From the NCBI RefSeq assembly GCF_037042905.1, contig NC_087246.1, positions 8,682,001 to 8,746,000 of the forward strand: 64,000 bases of DNA. The letters run 5' to 3'. Numbering within the stretch: position 1 is the stretch's first letter; the number at the start of each line of letters is the position of its first letter. Made by a program: the position numbers and the translations under genes. Positions 63,446 through 64,000 of this stretch are shown here, in pieces. Below the pieces are notes generated by a model, which saw nothing but the letters and a program-made list of their open reading frames with translations, was not told where the DNA came from and did no database searches. The DNA comes from Lytechinus pictus. Lineage: Eukaryota.

Positions 63446-64000
63446 GACTTGGTCTTCAGTAATGGTAAAAATAAGAGAAATCTCATGCTCAGGATTCTTC
63501 TTAAGTTCTTAGTTTTAATTTCCATTTCCTTCATACTCTCTCTCGCTCTCTCCCCTCTTTCTCTTAACCCCCCCCCCCCCTACTCTCTCTTTATCTATCA
63601 AATAACCCCGCAATAGGAGTGGCGGATAGAGGGGCCCTGGAAGAGGCCACCTCTTTCTTCTTACATGAAGGCCAGATATTTTTGGTACACACTTTCCTAT
63701 GTCATTTTTAAATCACTTTTTTTCTCGGGGATTCTGCCACTATTACATGAGCAAATTCACTATTTTGTCTAATTTTTCATATATTTTTCTTGAACTATAT
63801 TCTATGTACCCCATGACTATATTTCACAGAAATATCACGGGACGCAAAATCAAACAATTTCGAGAGAAATTATGCGAGGAGCCAAAGCCACCGAGTTAAA
63901 GAAAATGTCATAAAGCCTCCACTCATTTTGATGTATTTTTTCCATTAGTGGGGGTGGGGGTTGGCGAGTTTTTTCTTGCCCTCTTGTCCACTCCATATTA

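Noticed and set aside
63416..63616. Hydrophobic ORF resembling a signal peptide
   Set aside because: The hydrophobicity comes from T-rich and (CT)n low-complexity sequence overlapping a decayed MITE; no donor site.

Overview
Eukaryotic, AT-rich, repeat-dense genomic DNA. The repeat inventory (TTAA-AGG Kolobok-type MITEs, GCGCGAAGCGCGAG-containing hAT MITEs, tRNA-SINEs) suggests a marine deuterostome, most likely a sea urchin (inference). The window holds two tandem, + strand, spliced matrix metalloproteinase (M10A/matrixin) genes that I assembled by hand from GT-AG junctions with consistent phases. MMP-A has 7 coding exons in 1591-7864 (527 aa visible); its signal-peptide exon is not visible and probably lies upstream of the window. 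MMP-B is complete: 9 coding exons in 22330-52419, 595 aa, including a 46-codon signal-peptide exon absent from the ORF track and a 16.3 kb first intron. Both have a cysteine switch, a furin site, HExGHxxGxxH, a Met-turn, a 4-blade hemopexin domain and a GPI-signal-like C-terminus. They differ sharply in hinge (PGPx repeats versus 26 consecutive Gly) and in one intron. MMP-B has a candidate ETS/AP-1 proximal promoter. The rest is MITEs, SINEs, LINE 3' remnants, microsatellites and two local duplications. I see no convincing wholly new multi-gene system. The best candidates for novelty are the poly-Gly-hinged, GPI-type MMP, its promoter architecture and several transposon arrangements.
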